From Ostreococcus lucimarinus (lineage: Eukaryota): a stretch of 64,000 nucleotides of DNA. Made by a program: the position numbers and the translations under genes. The notes under the pieces were generated by a model that saw only the letters and a list, made by a program, of their open reading frames with translations, ran no database searches and was not told the origin of the DNA. Position 1 is the stretch's first letter. The number at the start of each line of letters is the position of its first letter. The stretch lies in NCBI GenBank assembly GCA_000092065.1, contig CP000584.1. One strand, given 5' to 3'. Positions 27,217 to 36,377 of the stretch are shown here, in pieces.

Positions 27217-28788
27217 ATGTCTCCGAAGCCGCGCGTGACGAAGCGCGCGCGCGCGAAGGGCGCGAAACTACTCGCGGGATGCGCGCTGGCGTCGCTCGCG
27301 GTGCGCGGTGCGCGCGGGGACGCGACGCAAACGGGAACGACGCGGTTGGGTGTTGACGACGCGCGAGGGTTAGACGAGGCGCCGCGCGAGAGCGGGCGAG
27401 CGCGGCGCGCGCGCGCGGGGATCGCGTCGCTCGGGTACGGTCTGAGTGACGTGCAGCCGAACTTGAACGACGACACGCTGCCGCACGGAAAGCCGGGATG
27501 GCGTTGGAGGTTTGGCTCGAGGGAAGGGCTGAGCTTCGTGTGCCCGGACTCGAACGCCCACCCGAACGCCGACCCGAACGCCAATCTCGGCGAGGGTGAC
27601 GAAGACTCGTACTTAGACGAGACCGATAATGCGTTGCCCGATCCTCCTCCGACGCGATACGTCGTTCGTTATGGGACGTACGGGCGTTTCGCCGATACGG
27701 GCGTGGACAAGTACAACGACGCGTGGTTTGAAAGCGTCGAACACCAAGCGGACATCAAGTGGACGTACGGCGTGTGCAGACCGGGTCAAACCATCAAATG
27801 CGAGTCTTCGACGTTCGGATACGTCAACCCATTTCCTAGCATCGCTGATGGCATGCCCGGGAAGAAGTGTCAGTACTTGAACGTGAGAGACATTCCCAGC
27901 CGCGACGTCAACGCGAGCATCTCCTTCGCTCCTGGCGAACAGCGCATGGACGTGGACTCGCTCGGCGCGGAGGTGGATTTGAATGTCATCAATACCAACA
28001 ATCGCTGGGGTGTGAGATCGTTTTATGTTTTCAGCGCGGGTAAGGTGAAGGCGATGTTGAAAGAGATGTTCCCAGACACGGTGATGCACCAAGACTTTGT
28101 GTGGCACTGGTGCGCGAACGAGGGCTCCGACTACCCGTCCTCGGGCTGCGAGTGCAACACGATGATGCGCTACGGTTGGACGGGTAACCAGACTTTACAA
28201 GCACCGAACCCGGCGGAAGACCCTGACTTTTCTAAGTGGACTATCGTCGACGCGAGATTCGAAGACACCCCCGTCATTCCGTGCAACCATCACAAGCTCG
28301 GCGGCGTGCTTCCGTTTCCGCTCGCGAACGAGCGCATTTGCCAGTGCTTGGACAACACCACGCTGGCGTTGTTCAACGCCGGTTTGCAAGCCACCATAGG
28401 TGGTCCGGACGTCCCGGGGCAAACGTTGTTCAACATGACCAACCACACGCATTACTACAACAAGACGCACGTCGATTACGTCAGAGAGCAGCACCGAGCG
28501 GCGGCGGCGGCGGCGAACGCGTCGGACCATCCAGCGGACGATGACGCCGAAACACCCGTCGAATCCGACCTCGGACGTCGACCCACCCCCGTAGAAAGAC
28601 ATCGGGCGAAGATCGCAGAGCTCAGCGCGTCGCGCACCGATGTCGACTCTATTCTCACCGCGAGCGGGGCGACGCTCGTCGTCGCCTCTGTCGCCGTCTT
28701 CGCCGTCGTGGTCTTCGCTCGGTACAGGCGTTTGCGCGAGTACGAGCGCGTGCCGGAGACGGTGCCGGAGACGGACATAGATTTTTAA
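27217..28788 (+). CDS. Type I membrane glycoprotein: signal peptide, Cys-rich N-glycosylated ectodomain, single TM, short tail (function unknown)
   Basis: MSPKPRV…LLAGCALASLAVRGARG signal. Multiple N-x-[ST] sites. TM helix LVVASVAVFAVVVFA followed by RYRRLREYE. ATG at 27217. Confidence 0.55.
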   Translation: MSPKPRVTKRARAKGAKLLAGCALASLAVRGARGDATQTGTTRLGVDDARGLDEAPRESGRARRARAGIASLGYGLSDVQPNLNDDTLPHGKPGWRWRFGSREGLSFVCPDSNAHPNADPNANLGEGDEDSYLDETDNALPDPPPTRYVVRYGTYGRFADTGVDKYNDAWFESVEHQADIKWTYGVCRPGQTIKCESSTFGYVNPFPSIADGMPGKKCQYLNVRDIPSRDVNASISFAPGEQRMDVDSLGAEVDLNVINTNNRWGVRSFYVFSAGKVKAMLKEMFPDTVMHQDFVWHWCANEGSDYPSSGCECNTMMRYGWTGNQTLQAPNPAEDPDFSKWTIVDARFEDTPVIPCNHHKLGGVLPFPLANERICQCLDNTTLALFNAGLQATIGGPDVPGQTLFNMTNHTHYYNKTHVDYVREQHRAAAAAANASDHPADDDAETPVESDLGRRPTPVERHRAKIAELSASRTDVDSILTASGATLVVASVAVFAVVVFARYRRLREYERVPETVPETDIDF

Positions 28789-28938
28789 CGCTCTCGCGAG
28801 TGGAGGGTAATAATTGCAATCAATCGTAACACTAATCACAATCGTCGACGCGCCGCGCACGCGGCGTCGCTTCAAACGCGCGTCTCGCGCGCGCGTCCTC
28901 AGATTCCAGCGCGCCGCGCTCGGCGACGACCGACGACC

Positions 28939-29478
28939 ATGCCGAGCGTGGTGCAGAAGGGCATCGATAAGGTGCGCCTGATGGCTGGCCTCGAGCCGTC
29001 CGCGCCCGCGCCCGGCGAGCAGACCGCCGAACTCCTCGACGAGTACACGTCGTGCGCATCCTTGACGTACGAGCAGCGCATGTACGGCTTTGCGTTCTGC
29101 GCTCTGTTCGGTGTCATGTGCAGCGCGCTGTCGAGCGTGTTCTGGACGCGACCGACCAAGTTCGCGACGCTGTACAGCATGGGAAACCTGCTCTCGCTCG
29201 CGAGCACGGGGTTCCTGACCGGGTTCGCGAGGCAGCTGAAGAATATGTTTCACGGGACGCGCTTCGCGGCGACGTGCGTGTACCTGGGAGCGCTCATCAT
29301 GACGCTGGTGTGCGCGGTGGAGCTGAAATCGTTCCCACTCACGATGGTGTTCTTAGTCGTGCAGTGGTGCGCGCTGATTTGGTACTGCATGAGCTACATA
29401 CCGGGAGGCCGCGCGGCGCTCAAGGCAATCGCCAAGGCGTGCTGCGGCGCGGGTGGAGAATCGGGTGATTTCTTTTAG
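28939..29478 (+). CDS. SFT2: Vesicle transport protein SFT2 (Got1/Sft2 family, 4 TM)
   Basis: Size, four hydrophobic helices and the family-typical LYSMGNLLSL…FARQLKNMF core. Confidence 0.75.
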   Translation: MPSVVQKGIDKVRLMAGLEPSAPAPGEQTAELLDEYTSCASLTYEQRMYGFAFCALFGVMCSALSSVFWTRPTKFATLYSMGNLLSLASTGFLTGFARQLKNMFHGTRFAATCVYLGALIMTLVCAVELKSFPLTMVFLVVQWCALIWYCMSYIPGGRAALKAIAKACCGAGGESGDFF

Positions 29479-29628
29479 AATTTGTAAGTTTACACAAGAC
29501 AGTGCTAGCTAGCGCGCGGCGCGTCCGTGGAACGAGCGACATCGATCGCGCGCGATTCTTCGTCGATCCTTCGTCGATCATCGACTCCGAATCGCGCGGT
29601 CTTTCTTCTCGCCGACGCTCGGTTCGCG

Positions 29629-30123
29629 CTACGCCAACGATCCCAACGTCCCGCGCTCGCCTAAATCCCCCGCCGCGGTCTGCCCTCCCGCGGCCTCTCC
29701 CGCCATCTTCGCTCGAGCCTCCGCGAACAATTTATTCTGCAGCGCCATCGCGTCCTCCGCGCTCATGTCGATCCGCTTCCTCTTCTTCTTCGCCTCGCGC
29801 TTTTCGTTTTCCTCCTCCTTCGCCTCGTCGCGCGCGATTTCGCACTCAGCCTCGTACGACTCGAACCCCAGCGCTCGCAGCGCTCGCAGCACGTGCTCCG
29901 CCGTTATCGTCGACTTTCCCTCTCGCGTCGACGCCTCGTTCGCCTCCGCGCTCACCGCGTTCACGAATTCATCCCCGCACTCGCACACCATCTCGCGACA
30001 CTCGTTTGAGATTTTCTGATTCGCGTCGATCGCGCGCAGCGCGTCGTTGATCATCTTGTGCAGCGTCGCGCGCGGGAGCTGCAGCTCATCGTCGCTCACG
30101 CCGTCGCGGTCGAAGCCGTCCAT
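29629..30123 (-). CDS. DR1: Negative cofactor 2 beta (Dr1/NC2-beta, histone-fold)
   Basis: LPRATLHKMIND…VSAEANE…KSTITAEHVLRALRALGFESY is collinear with human DR1. ATG is the reverse complement of 30121-30123. The upstream ATG at 30219 would add an Arg-rich, non-conserved extension. Confidence 0.8.
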   Translation of the reverse strand: MDGFDRDGVSDDELQLPRATLHKMINDALRAIDANQKISNECREMVCECGDEFVNAVSAEANEASTREGKSTITAEHVLRALRALGFESYEAECEIARDEAKEEENEKREAKKKRKRIDMSAEDAMALQNKLFAEARAKMAGEAAGGQTAAGDLGERGTLGSLA

Positions 30124-30217
30124 CGCGCGTCCCGTCGCGCGCGCGAATGATGGCTGCGAATGCGCGCATCGACGGGACGCGAACGCGCGCGGCACGTCGC
30201 GACGCGGCGCGGCGCGC

Positions 30218-31162
30218 ATGCCGCGGTGCGCGAGCGACGACCGACGATGGTCGTCCGCGGACGTCCCGGGCGAGGCGTCGACGCGCGCGCGACGCGAGCG
30301 ACGCGAGCGACGCGTCTCGAACGCGACGACGACGGCGACGACGGCGTCGGACGCGGACGAACGCGACGGACGCGGACGACCGCCGCGCGCGACGACGACG
30401 ACGGGGACGCGCGCGAACGAGACGAACGACGCGACGACGACGGCGCGCGACGACGCGGCGCCGAGCGTGCTGCAAAAATTGCAAAAGTGGGGGGATTACG
30501 AGTCGTGCGGGGACGTCGTGCGCGGGACGCGGTTGATTCCGATGAAGACGCCGCTGTCGCCGCGGTACGTGGAGGAGAATTGCGTGAACGCGCTGACGAT
30601 GGAGTCGCTGATGCGAGGACAGCGCGCGCGAGGACGGGAGATCGGGCTGATCATCGATCTCACGAATCACGATTGTTTGTACGAGGACGACATACCGAGC
30701 GACGTGGCGCGAGTGCACGTGCGAAACGTGGCCAAGGCGGTGCCGAGCGCGAGCGACGTGCGAAAGGCGACGGAGGCGGCGAATAAGTTCTTGGCGACGG
30801 CGGGGAATGAGAATAAGTACATCGCCGTGCACTGCGCGTACGGATTCAATCGCACGGGGTTCGTGATTTGTTGTTATCTAGTGCAAATGTTCGGGGCGAC
30901 GCCCGCGGAGGCGATGGAGCTCTTCGCCGAGGCGCGGCCTCCGGGATTGAAACACTTGCACTTCAGGCACGAGCTCGTCGAACGATACGCGCCGAGCGAG
31001 ACGAGAGGCGATTCAGATTCCCCGATCGACGCCTTGTCGCGGTTGCGAATCCGTCGCTCGTTCGACAGCGAGCCGGATTTCCGCAACGCAATCGACGACG
31101 AGGACGAAAACGACACGCTCGACATCGAGATGAATCGCAAGCACTGGCGCGCGGCGCCGTGA
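30218..31162 (+). CDS. Cysteine-phosphatase of the RNA-triphosphatase/DUSP11 (PIR1) type (mRNA-capping-enzyme-like triphosphatase domain without the guanylyltransferase part)
   Basis: GTRLIPMKTPLS…IGLIIDLTNHDCLYE…IAVHCAYGFNRTGFVICCYLV (HCxxGxxRTG P-loop). ATG at 30218. Confidence 0.65.
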   Translation: MPRCASDDRRWSSADVPGEASTRARRERRERRVSNATTTATTASDADERDGRGRPPRATTTTGTRANETNDATTTARDDAAPSVLQKLQKWGDYESCGDVVRGTRLIPMKTPLSPRYVEENCVNALTMESLMRGQRARGREIGLIIDLTNHDCLYEDDIPSDVARVHVRNVAKAVPSASDVRKATEAANKFLATAGNENKYIAVHCAYGFNRTGFVICCYLVQMFGATPAEAMELFAEARPPGLKHLHFRHELVERYAPSETRGDSDSPIDALSRLRIRRSFDSEPDFRNAIDDEDENDTLDIEMNRKHWRAAP

Positions 31163-31323
31163 CCGGCGCGAGTCTCCGACGGCGTTCTTCGATATTTCTC
31201 CGCACTCGCATTTCTCGCACTCGCGTGCTCTGGTGTAATATGTACTTCAGTTTTCTAGCGCAGCCGAGCGCTCGCGCGGCCCGCTCGACGCGATTCGCAC
31301 ATCGCGACTCCCGCACCGACGCA

Positions 31324-31326
31324 ATG
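31324..31326 (+). CDS. NDUFA1: NDUFA1 (MWFE) exon 1: start codon only (ATG|GTGCGT)
   Basis: The conserved ORF has no in-frame ATG; the track 'M' at 31515 is a GTG. An ATG is immediately followed by the local donor consensus GTGCGT. ACTGAC at 31472-31477 and acceptor CGACAG at 31506-31511 join it in frame. Confidence 0.4.
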
Positions 31327-31511
31327 GTGCGTCCACCGCCCGCTCGCCTCGAACGCGTCGAGATCGCGCGCGCATCGCGTCCGCGCGCGTCGCGCGCGCA
31401 TCGCGCGCGCGCGCGCTCGTTCTCGCGCGCCGACGTTCCACGCGCGGGTTTACCCCAACCCGACATCGACGACTGACGCTCGCGCACGTCGCGATCGCGC
31501 GCGCTCGACAG

Positions 31512-31706
31512 CCCGTGGAGTCCGTTCCACCGTTCGCCATCATCGTCGGCGCCATCACCGCCATGGGCGGGCTGCAGTACCTCACCCACGGCGCGGCGTA
31601 CGGGAAGCCGCGCGCGATCGGGCAGGACGCGTTCGATCGTCTCGTCGCGGCGCGAGACGAGCGCGTCAAGACGGCCGCCGCGAGCGGACGCGGGGCGCAA
31701 AAGTAG
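31512..31706 (+). CDS. NDUFA1: NADH:ubiquinone oxidoreductase (complex I) subunit NDUFA1/MWFE, exon 2 (PVESVPPFAIIVGAITAMGGLQYLTHGAAYGKPRAIGQDAFDRLVAARDERV…)
   Basis: Collinear with plant MWFE (…MGNSQYYIHKAYHGRPKHIGHDEWDVAMERRDKKV…). Confidence 0.7.
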   Translation, partial: PVESVPPFAIIVGAITAMGGLQYLTHGAAYGKPRAIGQDAFDRLVAARDERVKTAAASGRGAQK

Positions 31707-31812
31707 CGCGTTTGAACCGCGACCGGGCGCTCGAGCGCCGTTGTAATTGATCCCTAGAGTAGCGCGGACGCGGCGAATCGAGACGCGACCCGGCGCCGGG
31801 CGAAGCGACACA

Positions 31813-32187
31813 ATGTCGCGCGCGTCGTCGGCGGCGCGCTCGATCGCGCGCGCGGGCGCGCGAACGCGCGCGGGCGCTCGCGCGCGCTCGATTCGCCGCG
31901 CGCGACGCGCGCGCGTCGCGGTGTTGACGAACGAAGAAGTCGAGTTTATGGTTGAAAACTTCAAGCCTTGGGTGACGGATGAGGAAAGCGCGCGTAAGTG
32001 CGACGCGTACATGCGCGAAAAGCACGCGTCGCCGAGAGCGTTTAATTTAGAGAAGGCGCGGGCGGTCCTGGATTCGCTGAAAGCGGACCACGCCAAGTTA
32101 CCCGAGGCCGCGGGGCCGTTTTCGCTGCCGAAGACGTGGCCCGGGATGTCCCTGGTGCTGGAGCGGTGCGGCGATTCGTTGGAATAG
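31813..32187 (+). CDS. Hypothetical small protein with an Arg/Ala-rich presequence (organelle-targeted?)
   Basis: ATG at 31813. Non-repetitive C-terminal 90 aa (…EEVEFMVENFKPWVTDEESARKCDAYMREKH…). Confidence 0.45.
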   Translation: MSRASSAARSIARAGARTRAGARARSIRRARRARVAVLTNEEVEFMVENFKPWVTDEESARKCDAYMREKHASPRAFNLEKARAVLDSLKADHAKLPEAAGPFSLPKTWPGMSLVLERCGDSLE

Positions 32188-32239
32188 CGAAGACCGCTAG
32201 TAGTGCTAGTATTAGTATTGCATGTCGCGATATATCGCG

Positions 32240-34307
32240 TCACGCGCTAGGAATGAATTCGCGCGCGGAAAGGTCGAGCTTGGGGACGGCGCCTCGCTTG
32301 GCGTACAGCGCTCGACCGTCGGCGGCCAGCGTCAGCGCGCGTTTGAATTCTTCGTCCGCGCCGTTGTAATCCAGCACGCTGACGATAGAGACGGCTTGGA
32401 TACCCAGCGCTTTTCCTATGCGTCTTTTGGTGAGCGCAAAGATGACTGGAACATCTTTTTCTCGAGCGTCCGCGATTATTTGTCGGACACGGTCGTCGAG
32501 GCCGCCTTCGCTTTCAATCTTCTCGATGTTCGGCGCGATGACGACAACCTTGCTCGTCCGCGCGTCCACGCTTTTCGCGACTTCGCGTAATCCGAAGAGC
32601 AACCGCCGGCGCATCTTCGCCTTAATCTTATCGGTGTGGTACAGACGGTCCTGAAAGCGTTTGAGCGTCGAAAGGAGCGTCTTGGTCGCCTCGTTGAGCT
32701 CGTCGGTGATTATTTGCTCGGCGTATCGTATGTTTAACGCGCCTTCTTCGCCGACGTACGTCTTCGCCGCTTTATTCTGCGACGCCGCTTTCTCCGCCGC
32801 TTCAGGGTCGTCCCGAATCGCGAGCTTTTTCGCATGCAGTTTACCGCCGACGTGCGCGTTCCATGCTTGCTCGCCGAAGCACTTCACGTCGCACACGTCA
32901 CACGTTCGAGTCTCCTGCTTCACCTTGGCCGACTTTGGCTCTGGTTCGCCTTTCAGAACGTCCAGCAAACTTCGCACGCCCCACACCCCGGCCGGTGCAC
33001 GCGCTTCGATGATGTCGAGCTTCTGTTGTACGCTGTGCTCGTCGGCGTTCTCGCCCTCTGCTGCGGCGGATTCGTCCGACACATCTTCATCCGAATCATC
33101 GTCCGAGTCTGCATCCATGCACATGAAATTCACACCAACAGAGTGATTCGTCTCGTCGTACGTCAGAAGCACATACACCCAGTCGACGCGAACCTCGATC
33201 TCGACTTCCACTTCCTCTTCGACGATCTTCTTTGATTCTTCCTCTCGCCGCGTTGTGCGCTCTCGAAGAATTATCTTTTTCAGCGTCGATTGCTTCTTTT
33301 TCTTCCCTTCTCGTCGCGCTTTGCCGCGTTTGGGCACCATGCCCGTCGACGTCGCCATGTTTGTGCTTCTAATCATCTGCTGCTCTTTACCCTCTGCCCT
33401 CGCGTTCTTCGCCGGCTTGTCCGTCTTGAAGTACGTCGCGAGAGAGTTCACCATGCTATTCGAAGTCTTCGTCTTAGAAGACACCAAGTCGCCTAAGTTC
33501 AGCGACACACGATTGACTTGCGTATTGGCCGTCGGTATAATTCCAGCAGCGATCTGCGCCGCCTCTAGAACCTTCGCCTCGGGATTATTCAAACCGTAAT
33601 GCGAAGCGCCGATGTGCTGCTCCAACGCGTCGTACGCCTTGAACGCGCGTCCACACACCTGACACCGAACTTTGCCGAACTTATCCATCACCGACCGCCT
33701 CGACTCGCGATGAAGTAACTCTGCGGTGATGATGGGAAGTTTCGGCGCTAAGGCTTTCGTCGTCGAGACTTGTCGCTTCCCCGTGGGCGCCGCGCGCCGC
33801 GATTCAGACGCCATGATATCCCGTAAACTCGTCCCACCCTCGCGCGTCAATGCCCCGGCGCGCGCTATCGGCGCCGGTTCCGATGTCATCATCTTGACCG
33901 GCTTCACGTTCCACGCCGGCACGCTCGGCGCCGGCGCGGGCGGCAACAACGCAGGCTTCGCCTTCGTCTCGTCCGCCGTCGCGTCGACGCTCTTCGTCTT
34001 CGTCTTCGTCTTCGCCTTCGTCTTCGCCGCGTCTGTCCCGTCTCGCCCATCCCCTTTCCCGCGCTGCTTCATTCTAACGACATCATCGACGTCGCATCGC
34101 ATGCGCCCCTCGTCCATTCTCTCGCGCCGCCACGCCGCGCACTTCGCGACGTCGTCCTCGCTCGCGCCTCGAGCAAACTTGCTGCACCGCGTCCCCTTCC
34201 CCTCGACGACGTGCGCCGTCGCCGCGAACGCCGCGAACACGCGCTGATTCGCCTCGACGTAGTCGTAGATGAGAGCCGCGCTCGCGTCGTCGTACGTCCG
34301 ACCGTCG

Positions 34308-34344
<37 letters not shown>

Positions 34345-34495
34345 GTCGCACGTTGAGCCCGACGAGGACGTTCATCGGCATCGCGCGCGCTTTGCGCGAG
34401 CATACGGCCTCGATCGCCGCCGCGGTGACGTCCACGGACGCGCGCGAGTGTCCATCGACGCACAGCGCGCTCGCGATGTCGCGCGCGCGCGTCAT
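32240..34495 (-). CDS. SBP2: SECIS-binding protein 2 (SBP2)-like selenocysteine-insertion factor with an L7Ae RNA-binding domain and two C2H2/U1-type zinc fingers
   Basis: The C-terminal domain RRRLLFGLREVAKSV…KVVVIAPNIEKIESEGGLDDRVRQIIADAREKDVPVIFALTKRRIGKALG…SIVSVLDYNGADEEF is collinear with the SBP2 L7Ae module. Zinc fingers are CQVCGRAFKAYDALEQHIGASH and CDVCDVKCFGEQAWNAHVGGKLH. ATG is the reverse complement of 34493-34495 (alternatives at 34381/34375). The (GTC)n repeat at 34319-34350 encodes poly-Asp. Confidence 0.7.
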
Positions 34496-34543
34496 CGCGC
34501 GCGCGCGTCGACGTGTGCCGTCACTCGTCGTCGCGTCATCGCG

Positions 34544-35485
34544 ATGATGGACGCGTTCGGCGCGCTCGTCCGCGCGTCCTGGGCGCCGATCGCGCGCGGT
34601 GCGCTCGACGGCGTCGAGCTCAACGACGTCGACGTCCTGGTCGTCGCCGAGTGCGCGGCGTTCGCGGCGTGGTGCCTGCTCGGGTCTTGGGTTTGGAAGA
34701 CGTACAGCTTCGTCGACCAACTTTGGAGCGTGACGCCGGTCGTGTACGTCGCGACGTACGCGTATCACGGCGTCGGCACGGCGGCGCGGGCGCGGTTGAC
34801 GCTCATGCTGGGATTGGCGCTGCTGTGGGGGGCGAGGCTGACGTATAACTTTGCCAGGAAGGGTGGTTACGCCGGAGAGGAGGATTACCGCTGGGGCGAG
34901 TTGCGAAAGAATAAACTGTTGCGTAATCCGATCGTCTGGCAGCTGTTCAACGTGTCGTTCATCGCGGTGTATCAAAACGTGTTGTTGCTATTGATCGCCC
35001 TGCCCGCGGCGGTGGCGTATCGATCGAAAGAGGCGCTGGCGTGGCGCGGCGCCGACGGCGTCGCGCTGTGCGCGTGGACGGCGGCGTTTCTCGTCGAAGT
35101 CGCCGCGGATGAGCAGCAGTGGCGGTTTCAACGCTCCAAGCGCGGGTTGGCGCGCAAGGTGAAGGGGTGGAAAGAGGATTACGAGCGAGGGTTCTTGACG
35201 CACGCGCTGTTCGCGTGGTCGCGACACCCGAATTTTTGGGCCGAGCAGACGATGTGGGTGAGCTTTAGCGGCTTCGCCGCGGCGAGCTTAAAGTCCAAGG
35301 CGTTCTTCACGCCCGCGCTCATCGGACCGATTCTGTTGATACTGCTGTTCCAAGGCTCGACGTCGTTCACCGAAGCCATCACGGGGAAAAAGTACCCGGA
35401 TTACAAGGCGTACCAAGACGCGACGAGTCGGTTGCTCCCGCTGCCTCGTCGCCGCGCTTTGCCGCCGCCGACGAAGAAGGATTAA
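34544..35485 (+). CDS. DUF1295 / steroid 5-alpha-reductase-ICMT-like polytopic membrane protein
   Basis: Multiple TM helices and the family motif FAWSRHPNFWAEQTMW. ATG at 34544, 48 bp from the SBP2 ATG. Confidence 0.7.
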   Translation: MMDAFGALVRASWAPIARGALDGVELNDVDVLVVAECAAFAAWCLLGSWVWKTYSFVDQLWSVTPVVYVATYAYHGVGTAARARLTLMLGLALLWGARLTYNFARKGGYAGEEDYRWGELRKNKLLRNPIVWQLFNVSFIAVYQNVLLLLIALPAAVAYRSKEALAWRGADGVALCAWTAAFLVEVAADEQQWRFQRSKRGLARKVKGWKEDYERGFLTHALFAWSRHPNFWAEQTMWVSFSGFAAASLKSKAFFTPALIGPILLILLFQGSTSFTEAITGKKYPDYKAYQDATSRLLPLPRRRALPPPTKKD

Positions 35486-35557
35486 AGTCCGCGACGCGGT
35501 GCGTTCGCTCGTTTTACCCGCTAAAATCAATATTCTCAACTCCTACCGCCATGTTTC

Positions 35558-36019
35558 CTAGTGCGTTTCCGCGAGCTCTTCCTCCCGCTGTCTCGACAGG
35601 TGCAACAGCGCGTCCACCCTTCGCTCGCGCGCCGCGCGCCTCGCGTCCACCTCCGCGCTCACCTCCTCGTACCGCATCCCTCGCCCCGGCTCCCCTCCCT
35701 CTTCGATGACATCGTATTGATCGTAATTCGCGTACCCTCTCGCGATCGCCTCCCCTCGCGCGTCTCCCTCGCCCCGCGTTCGCGCCTTCGCGACGTCCTC
35801 CGTCTCCCCCATCACCGCCCGTCGCTTCGCCTCGCGCAACCGTCGCCGCCCCGGATCGTTCCCACGCCTCCCGCGCACCACGCGCGCCATCTGTCGCCCG
35901 AGCGCGCACGCGACGCCCACCCCCAGCGCGAGATACGTCAGCGCGAACATCGCCCGCATCAAATTCGCGTCCCGTTCGACGCGCATCGCCGGCGGCGGCG
36001 GCGGCGGCATCGACGCCAT
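35558..36019 (-). CDS. Small single-TM protein (153 aa), function unknown
   Basis: MASMPPPPPPAMR…MFALTYLALGVGVACALG TM helix. Acidic YANYDQYDVIEEGGE C-terminal half. ATG is the reverse complement of 36017-36019. Confidence 0.4.
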   Translation of the reverse strand: MASMPPPPPPAMRVERDANLMRAMFALTYLALGVGVACALGRQMARVVRGRRGNDPGRRRLREAKRRAVMGETEDVAKARTRGEGDARGEAIARGYANYDQYDVIEEGGEPGRGMRYEEVSAEVDARRAARERRVDALLHLSRQREEELAETH

Positions 36020-36377
36020 GTCGGCGTCGAGGACCGGCGCGACGACGTCGAGGATCGTCGCGCGGCGCGCCTCGGTCGCCGCGCGTCGACGAGTCGCGAC
36101 CGTCGGCGCGCGCCGTCGACGCGTTCGGCCGCGGCGTTGGTCCGTGTTAAAGTGTCCCCGTCGTGAGACTATGGTCCGTGTTAAAGTGTCCCCGTCGTGA
36201 GACGACCTCGCGACGGTCGCGGTCGCGGACGCGATTCGTCGTCGCCGCGACGCGACGCGCGCCGACGCGACGCCGCGCGACGCGAGCGACGCGCGCGATC
36301 GCGCGGTCGACGCGTCGGACGCGGACGCGCGAACGACGCGCGACGCGGAAGCGGGACGAACGACGGCGGAGGATTCG

